DNA from: an uncultured Planctomycetota bacterium
Lineage (GTDB): Bacteria > Planctomycetota > Planctomycetia > Pirellulales > Lacipirellulaceae
NCBI GenBank assembly: GCA_963719315.1
Contig: CAVRBU010000017.1
Location: 32,001 to 96,000, forward strand
Reading direction: 5' to 3'
Length of the DNA: 64,000 nt
Part shown: positions 21,587 through 32,564 of the stretch, in pieces
How the letters are laid out: each line of letters begins with the position of its first letter
Position numbering within the stretch: the first letter of the stretch is position 1
Program-made: the position numbers and the translations under genes
Notes under the pieces: generated by a model
Told to the model about the DNA's origin: nothing
What the model saw: only the letters and a program-made list of their open reading frames with translations
Database searches by the model: none

Positions 21587-22480
21587 ATGTCGGGTATGGG
21601 AGTGTCATTTCCGGGCCAGAGAGCGAATTCCTACGGTAGCTCCGGCGGCGGAATGAGCAGTGGATTCAAGGTGCGATTGATCATCGCGATCGCCGTCGCG
21701 CTATTTGCCGTTATTTCTTACTATGGTCGGCCCGGCGACGAAAACCAGATCACGGGCGAAAGCCAGCGCGTGGCGATGACGGAGGAAGCGGACGAAATTC
21801 GGATGGGCCTGGCAGCCCGCCGCGAAATGGCCGCTCAGTTCGGCGGACTCGATGCCGATCCGCAAGCACAAGCGCTCGTCAAAAAAATCGGCGAGGAATT
21901 GCTGCAGGCGCTCGACGACAGCTTGGAACCTGGCGGCCGCTCGAATCCCTATCGCGAGAGTTTTTCGTTTACGCTGCTGGCCGATCCGCAGACCGTCAAT
22001 GCCTTCGCTTTGCCGGGTGGCCAGATCTTCGTTACGCACGCACTGTTTCGCGATTTAGAAACGGAAGGCCAACTGGCGGGTGTTTTGGGCCACGAGATCG
22101 GACACGTGATTGAACGACACAGCAATCAACAGATGGCAAAACAGCAGTTCTTTCAAGGACTTGCCGCAGCCGGCGGGGTTGTCGGCGGAGACCAGCGGAG
22201 CGCACAAATGGCACAGGCGGTGGCGCAATTGGCCAGTATGAAGTATGGTCGCGACGACGAACTGCAGGCCGATCAATGGGGCGTGCGACTCACATCGATG
22301 GCCGGGTATGATCCGCGGGCGATGATCGGCGTCATGAAAGTGCTGGAAAAAGCCAGTCAAGGTAAATCACCGCCCGAATTCATGAGCTCGCACCCCAGCA
22401 CGCCGCATCGGGAGCAGGAAATCGAGGCCCTGATCGCGAAAGAATTTCCGCACGGCGTACCGGCGGGGCTCAAGAAGTAA
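21587..22480 (+). CDS. M48 family zinc metalloprotease
   Basis: NAFALPGG, HEIGH zinc motif, ELQAD and SSHP. N-terminal TM segment. Confidence 0.9.
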   Translation: MSGMGVSFPGQRANSYGSSGGGMSSGFKVRLIIAIAVALFAVISYYGRPGDENQITGESQRVAMTEEADEIRMGLAARREMAAQFGGLDADPQAQALVKKIGEELLQALDDSLEPGGRSNPYRESFSFTLLADPQTVNAFALPGGQIFVTHALFRDLETEGQLAGVLGHEIGHVIERHSNQQMAKQQFFQGLAAAGGVVGGDQRSAQMAQAVAQLASMKYGRDDELQADQWGVRLTSMAGYDPRAMIGVMKVLEKASQGKSPPEFMSSHPSTPHREQEIEALIAKEFPHGVPAGLKK

Positions 22481-22487
22481 GCCCAGC

Positions 22488-22982
22488 GTGTTTGACCTTG
22501 GCACGATCACGATCGTCTCCGGCGGCCAAACAGGCGCGGACCGGGCTGCGCTCGATTTTGCGATCAAGCATGGCATTCCGCATGGCGGCTGGTGCCCACG
22601 CGGCAGAATGGCCGAGGATGGTCGTCTGCCGGCTCGTTATGCGTTGCGCGAAACGCCGTCGCGCAAGTATGCCGAGCGGACCGAGTGGAATGTTCGCGAC
22701 AGCGATGCGACGGTCGTGTTCAGCATCGGCGCGGAGCCGCGAGGCGGCACGCGGTTGACGCTTGTGCTGGCCGAGCGTCTCGGCAAACCGGTGCTGCATC
22801 TGAGTCGCGATGCCTTAAGCGGTGAAGCGGTCGGCGCGGTGGCCGCCGCAGCCGCTCAACTGGAGGCGTTTCTCGATGAACATGCGGTGCAAACGCTGAA
22901 CATTGCTGGACCGCGCGCTTCTCAAGAGCCAGAAATCGCGGCCTTCGTCGGCGGTGTGCTGCAAGCGATGCTGATGGCTTGA
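22488..22982 (+). CDS. Circularly permuted YpsA/SLOG family protein (putative molybdenum carrier-like)
   Basis: VSGGQTGADRAALD, GGWCPRGR, RTEWNVRDSDAT and LNIAGPRAS. Confidence 0.85.
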   Translation: MFDLGTITIVSGGQTGADRAALDFAIKHGIPHGGWCPRGRMAEDGRLPARYALRETPSRKYAERTEWNVRDSDATVVFSIGAEPRGGTRLTLVLAERLGKPVLHLSRDALSGEAVGAVAAAAAQLEAFLDEHAVQTLNIAGPRASQEPEIAAFVGGVLQAMLMA

Positions 22983-22996
22983 CGATTCTCGGCGTT

Positions 22997-23036
22997 GGCA
23001 GACGTTCCTGTCGGCAGACAAAAATGTCTGCCCCAC
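22997..23036 (-). repeat. GTGG-type REP-like palindrome
   Basis: The reverse strand reads gtggggcagacatttttgtctgcc, with a partial second copy adjacent. Confidence 0.6.
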
Positions 23037-23123
23037 GGGGCTTGAACGTGTCGTGCGCTTCCGACTACTTTAAGTGCGGCTTGGTTTACCGCAATTCACT
23101 CCGCGCGAAGCTCGATACAACTC

Positions 23124-24044
23124 ATGGCACTTCAAATCTCCCCCGACAAAACCCGCATCGGCTGGATCGGAACCGGCGTGATGGGCCGCTCGATGTGTGG
23201 CCACCTTATCGCCGCCGGATATAAGACAACGCTGTTCACGCGTTCCAAGGAGAAGGCGTCCGATCTGATCGAACGCGGCGCCAAGTGGGTGGCGTCGCCG
23301 CGCGAGGTGGCGGCCCAGTCGGACGCGATCATTTCGATCGTCGGGTTTCCGAGCGACGTCCGCGAAGTGTTGTTGGGCGAGGATGGCGCGCTTGCCGGCG
23401 CCAAAGCAGACAGTGTGTTGATCGACATGACCACGAGTGAGCCGTCGCTCGCCGTGGAGATCGCGGAGCAGGCGAAGATGCGTGGCGTAGTGAGCATCGA
23501 CGCGCCCGTTTCGGGCGGCGACGTCGGGGCCCGCAACGCTGCGCTTTCGATCATGATCGGCGGTGATGCCGACACGGTCGCGGCGCTGGAGCCCATCTGG
23601 AAGACGATGGGCGCAAAGTTTATACGCCAAGGTGGACCCGGCGCCGGGCAGCACACGAAGATGGTCAATCAGGTGTTGATCGCGACCGGCATGATCGGTG
23701 TGTGCGAAGCGCTTCTTTATGGCTATAAGGCGGGCCTCGATCTGGAGAAAGTTTTGGAATCGGTCGCCTCCGGGGCAGCCGGCAGTTGGTCGCTCTCGAA
23801 CTATGGCCCGCGGATCATCGCCGGAAACTTCGATCCAGGTTTCTTCGTGGAACATTTCATCAAGGATATGGGCATCGCGCTCGCCGAAGCGCGGAGGATG
23901 AGCATTGCGCTGCCTGGGCTCGCGCTGGCCGAGCAACTCTATCAGGCGGTGGCAGCACAAGGTTATGCCCGCATGGGGACACATTCATTGATGCTGGCAC
24001 TTGCGCAGATATCGGGCCTCGACTGGCAACAGCGGGGAAAATAA
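23124..24044 (+). CDS. Beta-hydroxyacid dehydrogenase (3-hydroxyisobutyrate/tartronate semialdehyde reductase family)
   Basis: [16 protein letters not shown], catalytic KMVNQ and HFIKDM. Confidence 0.92.
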   Translation: MALQISPDKTRIGWIGTGVMGRSMCGHLIAAGYKTTLFTRSKEKASDLIERGAKWVASPREVAAQSDAIISIVGFPSDVREVLLGEDGALAGAKADSVLIDMTTSEPSLAVEIAEQAKMRGVVSIDAPVSGGDVGARNAALSIMIGGDADTVAALEPIWKTMGAKFIRQGGPGAGQHTKMVNQVLIATGMIGVCEALLYGYKAGLDLEKVLESVASGAAGSWSLSNYGPRIIAGNFDPGFFVEHFIKDMGIALAEARRMSIALPGLALAEQLYQAVAAQGYARMGTHSLMLALAQISGLDWQQRGK

Positions 24045-24163
24045 GCGTCGGAACAGCATCTCGGCGCTGATTGGAATGGTGTCGGCCCTTGACCCGGCAT
24101 AGCCACTGGGGATGATACGGGGAGTAACTTTCCGGTCAAAACCGCGTTTTCAGGAGCCTGGAC

Positions 24164-24838
24164 ATGATGCGTATGTTTGGATTGATGGGCGTTGCCGTGG
24201 CGGCATTTATGGTGGCGGGCTGCCAGGAAGCGAAGTCAAAATCGCCGGATGCAAATGCTCCCGCCAAGGTGGACAGCCAAGTCACCCAAGCTACGGCGAC
24301 AAGCGACGCGGACGACAAGTCAATAAAGATCGGCGACAAGGGTCCCGCCTGGGAAGACCTGATGGGAACCGACGACAAGCCGCACAGCCTGAAAGACCTC
24401 AAGAAGAGCAAGGCGGTTGCCGTCGTCTTTACGTGCAACACCTGTCCCGTGGCGCAGGCTTACGAGGAACGCCTCGAAAAGCTGTCGAACGATTACAAGG
24501 AAAAGGGCGTTGCGATCGTGGCGATCAACGTCAATGACGATCCGCGCAACAATCTGGATGCGATGAAACAACGGGCTGAGAAGAAGGGCTTCACGTACGC
24601 CTATCTCATCGATCCGTCGCAACAAATTGGCCGCGAATATGGCGCCGTCTGCACGCCGCACGTGTTCCTGCTCGATAGTGAGCGAAAGATCGCGTACATG
24701 GGCGCCATCGACGACAACATGAATGCAGATTCCGTCAAGCATCATCATTTGCAGGACGCAATCGATGCCGTGCTGGCCGGCAAGGCGGCGGCGGTGGGCA
24801 AGACCAAGCCAGTCGGCTGTGGCATTCAATATAATTAG
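24164..24838 (+). CDS. Redoxin/thioredoxin-family lipoprotein
   Basis: Lipobox VAGC; FTCNTCP; TPHVFL; YMGAIDD; C-terminal GC. Confidence 0.85.
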   Translation: MMRMFGLMGVAVAAFMVAGCQEAKSKSPDANAPAKVDSQVTQATATSDADDKSIKIGDKGPAWEDLMGTDDKPHSLKDLKKSKAVAVVFTCNTCPVAQAYEERLEKLSNDYKEKGVAIVAINVNDDPRNNLDAMKQRAEKKGFTYAYLIDPSQQIGREYGAVCTPHVFLLDSERKIAYMGAIDDNMNADSVKHHHLQDAIDAVLAGKAAAVGKTKPVGCGIQYN

Positions 24839-24851
24839 ACGCGGATGAATC

Positions 24852-25427
24852 GTGCGAACGTCTTCGTTATGGGTCGTCGTCGTTCTGGTGAGTATGGCGG
24901 TATACGGCTGCGGGTCGACGACGACTCGCGAATCGCCGGACATATCGGCGTCGGTCAAGTCGGTACCAGCAGCGACAATCCCGATTGACTTGGCCATAGT
25001 TGACCGCGCCGCTTACGACGCCGCGCTCGCTAAATACCGCGGCAAGGTGGTGCTGGTGGATTTCTGGGCTACGTGGTGCCAGCCCTGCGTCGAGCAGTTG
25101 CCGCACACGCTGGAGTTCGGCCAGAAGCTGGCCGATCGAGGTTTGGCGGTCGTCACCGTCAGTTGTGACGAGCCGACGGAAGCCGATCGGATCAAGCAAT
25201 TCCTGGCCGAGGAGCAGGCCGGCGGTGCTACGAATCTGATCAGTCAATTCGGCGGCAGCCAGCAGACGATGGAGGCGTTCGAAGTCACGAACGGCGCGGT
25301 GCCGTTCTACAAAATATATGACCGCGGGGGTAAGCTGCGGCAGACGTTCGGGATCGATCCGGCGGCAAAAAAGCAGTTCACACCGGCGGATATCGAAGCC
25401 GCTATCGAACAATTGCTGGCCGAGTAG
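24852..25427 (+). CDS. TlpA-like thiol-disulfide oxidoreductase lipoprotein
   Basis: Lipobox VYGC; GKVVLVDFWATWCQPC. Confidence 0.87.
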   Translation: MRTSSLWVVVVLVSMAVYGCGSTTTRESPDISASVKSVPAATIPIDLAIVDRAAYDAALAKYRGKVVLVDFWATWCQPCVEQLPHTLEFGQKLADRGLAVVTVSCDEPTEADRIKQFLAEEQAGGATNLISQFGGSQQTMEAFEVTNGAVPFYKIYDRGGKLRQTFGIDPAAKKQFTPADIEAAIEQLLAE

Positions 25428-25503
25428 GTCCCTTCTGCCGGAAGGGACCTCAGTGAATACTTGGAGACTTGCGATTCAGCTGAGGTCCCGCTCGGCAAGC
25501 AGA
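25424..25503. repeat. GTAG REP doublet (REPIN-like), copy 1
   Basis: gtaggtcccttctgccggaagggacct ... aggtcccgctcggcaagc. The same arms occur at 60481 and 63929. Confidence 0.85.
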
Positions 25504-25765
25504 AGTTGCTTTTGCAATTGAGGTTGACGATCGTCGAATATTTTTGACCTATTTTGAGCGTTTTGCCGCATATTGTGCCCGTTTTAGGGTCAGGCTAGGC
25601 GGCCTGCCAAGATCTGAGACCGCCCTGCGAATAAGAAACGCCGGCGACTTGCGGTGCAGTGGCCCCTGACCACTAGACGCTGCGCCGGCGCAACATGATA
25701 TTTAGAAGACCACCCCGATCGTGGGTGGTGAGTTTGTTCCCATTTTGTTTCAGGAGACCAAGGCA

Positions 25766-25918
25766 ATGAAGAAGCTATTTGCTCTGATGCTGCTGGTGAC
25801 GGCGATGGCCGTTACCGGCTGCGGTGAAAAAAAGACGACGAAGCCCGCTGCGACCCCGGCTGACGGCGGAGCAGCTCCGCCAGCAGCCGCACCGGCCGAG
25901 GGCGGTGAAAAGAAGTAA
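25766..25918 (+). CDS. Small Ala/Pro-rich lipoprotein (50 aa)
   Basis: GGAG RBS; signal peptide and lipobox MKKLFALMLLVTAMAVTG-C; followed by a terminator. Confidence 0.75.
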   Translation: MKKLFALMLLVTAMAVTGCGEKKTTKPAATPADGGAAPPAAAPAEGGEKK

Positions 25919-25956
25919 TTCATCCGCCGCCGTGGCGGTTTGATCGATAGATTTGC

Positions 25957-26011
25957 GAGCCGCGATTGGACGGTGCTGCCGAAAGGCGGACCGTTCGCTC
26001 GCGGCTTTTTT
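25957..26011 (+). terminator. Rho-independent terminator
   Basis: Long stem gagccgcga...gaaa...tcgcggct followed by a T run. Confidence 0.7.
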
Positions 26012-26071
26012 TGTTTTTCCAGCTGGGTGATATGGTCGACGGCGAAGAGCGAATAATGCTTTGAAACAGAA

Positions 26072-26123
26072 TAGCCGCGACGCTACTCGTCGCAAAGTCC
26101 GGTGATGCGTCGCATCGCGGCTA
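26072..26123. repeat. TAGCCGCG-ended REP-like doublet
   Basis: tagccgcgacgc ... gcatcgcggcta, with palindromes inside the arms. Confidence 0.6.
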
Positions 26124-26136
26124 ACACGATCGCTAA

Positions 26137-27357
26137 CTATTGCAAATCGACGTGAGGCAGCTTGTGCCCTAGTTTGTCGCGCTTGGTGGCGAGATACCGG
26201 GCGTTGTGCTCGTTCATGGGGGGCATGATGGGGATTTGATCCACCACTTCCAGATCGAACCCGCCGTAGATGAAGGCGTCGGTTTTTTTGGGGTTATTCG
26301 TGAGGAGCCGGACTTTGCGCAAGCCTAAATCTTTCAAGAGCTGGATGCCCACACCATAGTCGCGCGGGTCGGCTTTGTAGCCGAGGGCGAGATTCGCTTC
26401 GACGGTGTCGAGGCCCTGGTCCTGGAGCGAGTAGGCTTTGATTTTCTCCGTAATTCCGATGCCGCGGCCCTCTTGGGGCAGGTAGACGAGCACGCCCGCC
26501 CCCTCGTTTTTGATCATGTCGAGGGCCATGTGGAGTTGGTCGCCGCAATCGCAGCGGAGCGATTCGAGCAAGTCGCCGGTGAAGCACGAAGAGTGCAGCC
26601 GCACGAGCGGCGCCGCCACCTTGGCGGGGTCGCCCAGCACGAACACGAGCGGCTGCTGCGATTCGTATTTCACGCCGTAGGCGATGATCGTGCCGGTGCC
26701 ATACTTGGTGGGCAGTCGGGCTTCGGCCTCGCGATAAACGAGCTTTTCGCGGACGCGGCGGTACGCGATGAGTTGTTCGATGGAAATGATCGGCAGCTTG
26801 TATTGGCGGGCCAGATTGTGCAACTGCTCTCGGTTGGCGCGGTCTCCCGAGTCGTTCAGAATTTCGCACAACACGCCGGCGGGCAGCAATCCGGCCAGAC
26901 GGGCGAGATCCACGGCGGCCTCGGTGTGGCCGGCGCGGCGGAGCACGCCGCCTTCTTTGGCGACGAGCGGAAACAGGTGGCCCGGACGATTGAAGTCAGC
27001 CGGCTTGCTCGTCGGATCGCAAATCGCTTGGATGGTGCGGGCTCGTTCGGCGGCGGTAATGCCGGTGCGTGTGGAACAATGATCGACGGGAACCGTGTAA
27101 TTGGTGCCAAGTGGAGCCGTGTTGGCTTCGACCATCGGGTGAAGAGCGAGCCGCTGGCTGAGTTCGGGCAGGATCGGCATACAGAGCTGCCCGCGGCCCA
27201 TGCTGATCATGAAGTTGACCGACTCGGCCGTGGCCAACTGGGCGGCGCAGAGAAAGTCGCCCTCGTTTTCGCGGTCTTCGGCGTCGACGGCGACGATGAT
27301 CCGCCCCTGACGAATGGCCTCGGTCGCCTCTTCGATCGTGGAAAATGGTGAGCTCAC
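26137..27357 (-). CDS. ribBA: Bifunctional DHBP synthase / GTP cyclohydrolase II
   Basis: DRENEGD and RAGHTEA; RLHSSCFTGD, CDCGDQL, QEGRGIG and LLTNNP. Confidence 0.96.
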   Translation of the reverse strand: MSSPFSTIEEATEAIRQGRIIVAVDAEDRENEGDFLCAAQLATAESVNFMISMGRGQLCMPILPELSQRLALHPMVEANTAPLGTNYTVPVDHCSTRTGITAAERARTIQAICDPTSKPADFNRPGHLFPLVAKEGGVLRRAGHTEAAVDLARLAGLLPAGVLCEILNDSGDRANREQLHNLARQYKLPIISIEQLIAYRRVREKLVYREAEARLPTKYGTGTIIAYGVKYESQQPLVFVLGDPAKVAAPLVRLHSSCFTGDLLESLRCDCGDQLHMALDMIKNEGAGVLVYLPQEGRGIGITEKIKAYSLQDQGLDTVEANLALGYKADPRDYGVGIQLLKDLGLRKVRLLTNNPKKTDAFIYGGFDLEVVDQIPIMPPMNEHNARYLATKRDKLGHKLPHVDLQ

Positions 27358-27553
27358 GCGGTACCTTCGTCTGATTCGTTTGCGGTCGGAGAATGCCGAG
27401 CTAGGCCCGGCGGCGGCACGTTTCTATGATACGTATTATAAATGGTTGCGGGAGCGCGACCAACGAGCCTGGGTACGATTGTTAGGTGATTACTGGTCGC
27501 TGAAGCGACCAGACTTTTGAGAAACGCCGGGAAAGTCAGGGAAAGCGAATCTT

Positions 27554-28476
27554 ATGGAAGTGCTTGCGCGAAATTCTTTGGCTGTCGCAATCTCATTCGT
27601 GTTCTCTGGATTGGCGGTTGCAGAGGAGCCGGCGGTGGAAGTGCTGCGCAGCCGGACGTACGTGACGCGCGACACCAGCCCGCTCGAGGCGGACGTTTAC
27701 ATGCCGCATGGTTCCGGCCCGTTTCCGGGGATGCTGGTCGTCCACGGCGGCGCGTGGCGGATCGGTTCGCGTGCGCAGTTGGCGAGCGCCGCAGCGAAAT
27801 TCGCCGAGGATGGCTATACGGCGGTGACCATCAGCTATCGGCTCGCACCGCAATCGATCTTTCCCGCCCAGATATACGATTGTCAGGCGGCCGTGCGGTG
27901 GATGCGCACGCACGCCAGCGAATTCAAAATCGATCCTCAGCGGATTGGCGGATTCGGGTATTCCGCCGGCGGCCATTTGGTCGCTCTGTTGGGAACATTG
28001 GATGACGACGACTTCAAGGAGGCGAGCGTCTCGGCCGATGCGCCGACGCGCGATTGCAATGTGTGCTGGGAGGAGGCGCGCCGTGCGATTTCCGCGACAT
28101 CCCGTCGGATAGCGGCATGTTGAGTTATTGGCTAGGAGGTACGCGGGCGGAGAAGCCGGAGAACTACCGCAACGCGTCGCCTGCCAACTTTATCACATCT
28201 GACGATCCGCCAATGTATTTTTTCAGCGGCGAAGACGATGTGCTGGTTCCGATCGCAAGCCCGCGGCGAATGGTTGAGTCGTTGAAAGCGGCAAAGGTGC
28301 CGGCGGAAATGTACACGGTGAAGAATTCAGGGCATCTGCAGACCTTATTCGATCGCGGGGCGATTGAACACGCGGTAGCGTTTGCGGATAAGTATTTGAA
28401 GGACGAGGCATTTTCACAAACCGTCGGGGGCGGAAACGCTCCGGCTCGCTCAAACGGGACACGCGATGGACAGTGA
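27554..28476 (+). CDS. Secreted alpha/beta hydrolase (esterase), frameshift near 28048
   Basis: HGGAW and GYSAGG in ORF 1; EDDVLVP and SGH in ORF 2. Confidence 0.85.
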
Positions 28477-29434
28477 GCCGCAGGCTTCACCACTGGCGCC
28501 GCTGGGCCGCGAGGAATACATCGAGCAGGCGCACTTCTTTAGGTCGCTGGGAGAGCGGCTAGAGGAAAACGTTCCAGCTCAGGAGGTGTTGGCCTCGGTC
28601 CGGGAGGAAGCGCTCGCCACGACCAAGTTGCCGTTGGCGATTGATTTTTTGCTGGGCGAGTTGAAGCACGAAGGCGTCCTCGGTCCGGCGATGGCGCAGT
28701 TGCCGCATTACTTCACGCCGTTCCAGTCGTTTGTGGTTCAAGAATCCGAAAACGAGCGGATGCGGTTCGATCTTCGAGTGGGCCTGGAAATCCTCCGCCG
28801 CGAGGCGGAGTACCGGGCCGGCGAGCCGACGCGGCAAGGCGTTTTTCTGTATCAATTCGAGGTGCTCTGCCGAAATCGGCTGGGCTATGACCGGGGCCTG
28901 GCAGCGGTCGCCAATGATCCCGGTTTTGACGGCGCCTGGCGGAATTGGATTCGAAAACTGCGGCGTCAGATCGGCATGGTTGAGATCGCGGACGTGATTT
29001 ACGTGCACAGCGAGTATTACTGGCAGCGCCGTCGCGGCGGCCAATCCGAGACTCACGACAAGATTGGCCACGACGGGGAGCGGAGCACCGAGGGGCGCGG
29101 CCAGGGCGTGGCGAGTAGAACGCAGTCCCTGGCAGGCGAGGATGCCGAGGTTTCCCCGGAAGCTGAGCGGATTATCCTCTTTGGCGAGCGTGAGGGACGC
29201 ATTGCCTTGGCGAACCGCAAAAAAGACCCGCTGTATCTATTTTCCTCGCTCCACCGGCAACTTGGCTACCCGGAGGTGCCGCGCGTGAAGGCTGCCGACA
29301 AGGAGGAGGCCCTGCTGCCGCAGCTAGCTCGGCGGCTGGAACAACTCGAAACACGGCTTAAGATCATGGAGGAGGAACAGCGGGGGGGGCTGGATTTGAC
29401 GAAGTTTTACGAGCGGCCGCCAGGAGCACCCTGA
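28466..29434 (+). CDS. Hypothetical protein
   Basis: 322 aa ORF with host-like codon use and a coiled-coil C-terminus. It overlaps the upstream stop. No family recognised. Confidence 0.7.
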   Translation: MDSEPQASPLAPLGREEYIEQAHFFRSLGERLEENVPAQEVLASVREEALATTKLPLAIDFLLGELKHEGVLGPAMAQLPHYFTPFQSFVVQESENERMRFDLRVGLEILRREAEYRAGEPTRQGVFLYQFEVLCRNRLGYDRGLAAVANDPGFDGAWRNWIRKLRRQIGMVEIADVIYVHSEYYWQRRRGGQSETHDKIGHDGERSTEGRGQGVASRTQSLAGEDAEVSPEAERIILFGEREGRIALANRKKDPLYLFSSLHRQLGYPEVPRVKAADKEEALLPQLARRLEQLETRLKIMEEEQRGGLDLTKFYERPPGAP

Positions 29435-29796
29435 GGCAAGAGTTGCGGCCACGGGGCGGACTGTCGCATGCCTATTTATTTTCTTTTGGACTCACCAATT
29501 GTTACTTTCCGTCCCATTTTGGTGGAATTAGAGACTCCTGCCCCTTCCAGCGGCGTTCACCCCATCGGTTGTAGGGATTAAATAATTCAGCAAAAAACCG
29601 TAGTTTCTGCGGTTCAATGGAAGCGAATCGCGTGGTAAATTTGTTTAATGGCGCCGAATAGGACGCCGTTTGGCAGTGCATCCCGCCGAATGTGTTCTCG
29701 CGCATGAAGTGCACTTGGCCTCAGTGACGGCCCATTGAAGAAAACTTGCCGTGCAGATTGCGGATTGGCCGCAGTCAGAGTTTGATTATTTCAGCC

Positions 29797-30273
29797 ATGT
29801 CCAACAACGTGGACTTTCAGCTAAGCCTAGAGAGCGAAGGGGTTGGTTCGGCCTACCCCGATCAACCGCTGGCCGCGACGGCCGACGATAGCGTTGGCAA
29901 CGTAATGCAACTGATGCGGGCGCAGCGCACGGGCTCCGCATTGATTTGTGACGGCTCTCGGCTTGTTGGCATTGTCACGGAACGCGATGCGCTGAAGTTA
30001 ATGGCCAGCACAGCCGATTTTTCGGCGCCGGTTCGCGAGATCATGTCGAGTCCGCCGGTCACGATCGCGAGTTCCGCCACCGTGGGCGAAGCGATCCGCC
30101 AGATGGCAGAAGGAGGCTACCGCCACCTGCCAATCGTCGACAACGACCACAAACCGACCGGTGTGTTAGCCGCCCATGGTATCGTGCATTACTTGGTCGA
30201 CCATTTTCCGGAAACCGTGTACAACCTGCCTCCCGATCCAAAGGGTAAGCCGCGTGAGCGGGAAGGCGCATAA
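29797..30273 (+). CDS. CBS-domain pair protein
   Basis: LVGIVTERD and YRHLPIVD. Confidence 0.88.
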   Translation: MSNNVDFQLSLESEGVGSAYPDQPLAATADDSVGNVMQLMRAQRTGSALICDGSRLVGIVTERDALKLMASTADFSAPVREIMSSPPVTIASSATVGEAIRQMAEGGYRHLPIVDNDHKPTGVLAAHGIVHYLVDHFPETVYNLPPDPKGKPREREGA

Positions 30274-30470
30274 TAATTGGCCGCCCGGCGGCAATATTTG
30301 TCGGGCGGCTTCAATCATCCAACAATACTTGATAGACGAGGAACCCAGGCCGGTCGTTTGGCGCCGCATTGATGCTAGCGACCGAAAAGAGCAGAGGCTT
30401 CGGCCAACACTCTGTCCCCTACCCCAACATCCTCAGTTCGGCACCTGAGGTCGAGGATTTGCCCCGAACG

Positions 30471-32414
30471 ATGGCTACTATCGCAGCATTAGATAAACAA
30501 TCCCGCACACTCGACGAAGCCACGGTTCGGTTCTGTGGCGACTCGGGTGACGGCATGCAATTGGCCGGTACACAATTCACCAATACATCGGCCCTGATGG
30601 GCAACGACATCGCGACATTCCCGGACTTCCCGGCCGAAATTCGCGCGCCGCAGGGCACGCTCGCGGGAGTCAGCGGTTTCCAGGTCCATTTTTCCAGCAC
30701 CGACATTTACACGCCGGGCGATACGGTGGACGCCCTGGTGGCGATGAATCCGGCCGCCCTGGCGACGAATATCGGCGACCTGCGAACTGGCGGCATCCTG
30801 ATCGTCAACAGCGATGCGTTCGAGGGGAAAGGTCTCGACCAGGCCGGCTACGAAACCAATCCGCTGGAAGACGGCTCGCTCAAGCCATATCGCATTCATC
30901 CGGTGGCAATGACGAAGCTGACACGCGCATCGGTCGACGGGCTGGAAATGAGCCAGAAGGAAAAGGACCGTTGTCGGAACTTCTTCGCGATGGGTCTGGT
31001 GTTCTGGCTGTACGATCGGCCGCTGGAACCGACTCTCCGATATATCAACGATAAGTTTGGCAAGAAACCAGAGATCGCCCAAGCCAACACGGCCGCTTTG
31101 AAAGCCGGCTACCATTACGGCGAGACGGTCGAAGCGATCAACACACAATTTCACGTGCCGAAGGCGAAACTGCCCCCCGGCAAGTACACGAGCATCGTGG
31201 GCAACACGGCGCTGGCTTATGGGTTGATGTCGGCCGCCCGCCTCAGCAACAAGCGACTGTTCCTGGGTGCTTATCCGATCACGCCGGCCAGCAGCATCTT
31301 GGAAGAACTGGCTCGACACAAGAATTTTGACGTACTGACGTTTCAGGCCGAAGACGAAATCGCCGCGATGACGGCCACGATCGGCGCGGCATTCGCCGGC
31401 GCGATGGCCGTTACGGCCAGTAGCGGTCCGGGAATCGCTCTCAAGGGCGAGGGTCTCGGTCTGGCGATCATGACCGAGTTGCCGATGGTCGTTATCAATG
31501 TGCAGCGCGGCGGTCCGTCGACGGGTTTGCCGACCAAGACCGAGCAAGCCGACTTGTTCCAAGCGATCTTCGGCCGCAACGGCGAGTGCCCGATGCCCGT
31601 CCTTGCAGCGTGCAGCCCGGCCGATTGCTTTGACGTGGCTCAGGAAGCGTGGCGGATTGCGGTCCGTTACATGGTGCCCGTGATGTTGCTCACGGACGGG
31701 TACATCGCCAACGGTTCCGAACCGTGGCGGATTCCGAAGTATTCCGACTTAAAGAAGATCGAGGTCACCCACCCCGGCCCAGCCTCGAACGGGGATACGT
31801 TTCTGCCCTACCGCCGCGACGAGCGGCTCGCCCGACCCTGGGCGATTCCCGGCACGCCCGGTTTGGAGCACCGCATCGGCGGCCTCGAAAAGCAAGACAT
31901 TACCGGCAATGTTAGCTACGATCCGGCGAACCACCAGCACATGGTGAACTTGCGGGCCGATAAAGTCGCGCGGGTCGCGAACGAAATTCCGCCGCAAAAG
32001 TTGGATGGGCCCACAAGCGGCGACTTGTTGGTGCTGAGCTGGGGCGGCACCTACGGAGCTTGTGCCACGGCCGTCCACAATGTGCAGGCCAAAGGCAAGG
32101 CGGTGACGCACTGCCATCTCCGCTGGGTCAATCCCCTTCCGAAGGATCTCGGGGCTATCATGAAGCGGTTCAAAAAGGTGCTCATTCCCGAGTTGAACTT
32201 GGGCCAGTTGCGGACGATTATCCGAGCCAATTACTTGGTCGATGCGATTGGCCTCAACAAGGTGCAAGGCAAACCGTTCAGCGTGGCCGAGGTGGCCGAG
32301 AAGATGGAATCCATTCTCCGCGGCGATACTTCCAGCACGGAAGCCGCGCCAGAGCCGCTTGACTTAGAAGCTCCGCCAAAAGCGATTCTGGAAAAAGTGG
32401 CCCACGGCGGGTAA
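30471..32414 (+). CDS. korA: 2-oxoacid:ferredoxin oxidoreductase alpha subunit
   Basis: [24 protein letters not shown] and QRGGPSTG. Confidence 0.93.
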   Translation: MATIAALDKQSRTLDEATVRFCGDSGDGMQLAGTQFTNTSALMGNDIATFPDFPAEIRAPQGTLAGVSGFQVHFSSTDIYTPGDTVDALVAMNPAALATNIGDLRTGGILIVNSDAFEGKGLDQAGYETNPLEDGSLKPYRIHPVAMTKLTRASVDGLEMSQKEKDRCRNFFAMGLVFWLYDRPLEPTLRYINDKFGKKPEIAQANTAALKAGYHYGETVEAINTQFHVPKAKLPPGKYTSIVGNTALAYGLMSAARLSNKRLFLGAYPITPASSILEELARHKNFDVLTFQAEDEIAAMTATIGAAFAGAMAVTASSGPGIALKGEGLGLAIMTELPMVVINVQRGGPSTGLPTKTEQADLFQAIFGRNGECPMPVLAACSPADCFDVAQEAWRIAVRYMVPVMLLTDGYIANGSEPWRIPKYSDLKKIEVTHPGPASNGDTFLPYRRDERLARPWAIPGTPGLEHRIGGLEKQDITGNVSYDPANHQHMVNLRADKVARVANEIPPQKLDGPTSGDLLVLSWGGTYGACATAVHNVQAKGKAVTHCHLRWVNPLPKDLGAIMKRFKKVLIPELNLGQLRTIIRANYLVDAIGLNKVQGKPFSVAEVAEKMESILRGDTSSTEAAPEPLDLEAPPKAILEKVAHGG

Positions 32415-32420
32415 GAAGAA

Positions 32421-32517
32421 AGACAAGGAGAGGGGGAAACAAGGAGACAAGGAGATTCAGTTGGAGAGCGTTCACGAACGAATCTCCTTGTCTCCCCTTC
32501 TCCAGGTTTCCTTGTCT
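32421..32517. repeat. 8-bp periodic hairpin between korA and korB
   Basis: Arms read agacaaggagagggggaaacaaggagacaaggaga and tctccttgtctccccttctccaggtttccttgtct. Confidence 0.8.
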
Positions 32518-32564
32518 TCTTAACGATTTAGGAAACTATCCCTACCAATAGGCATAAGCAACCC

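Noticed and set aside
29070..29130. Possible repeat-derived insertion in the 28466-29434 gene
   Set aside because: Low-complexity G-rich stretch without a clear complementary arm; too weak to call.
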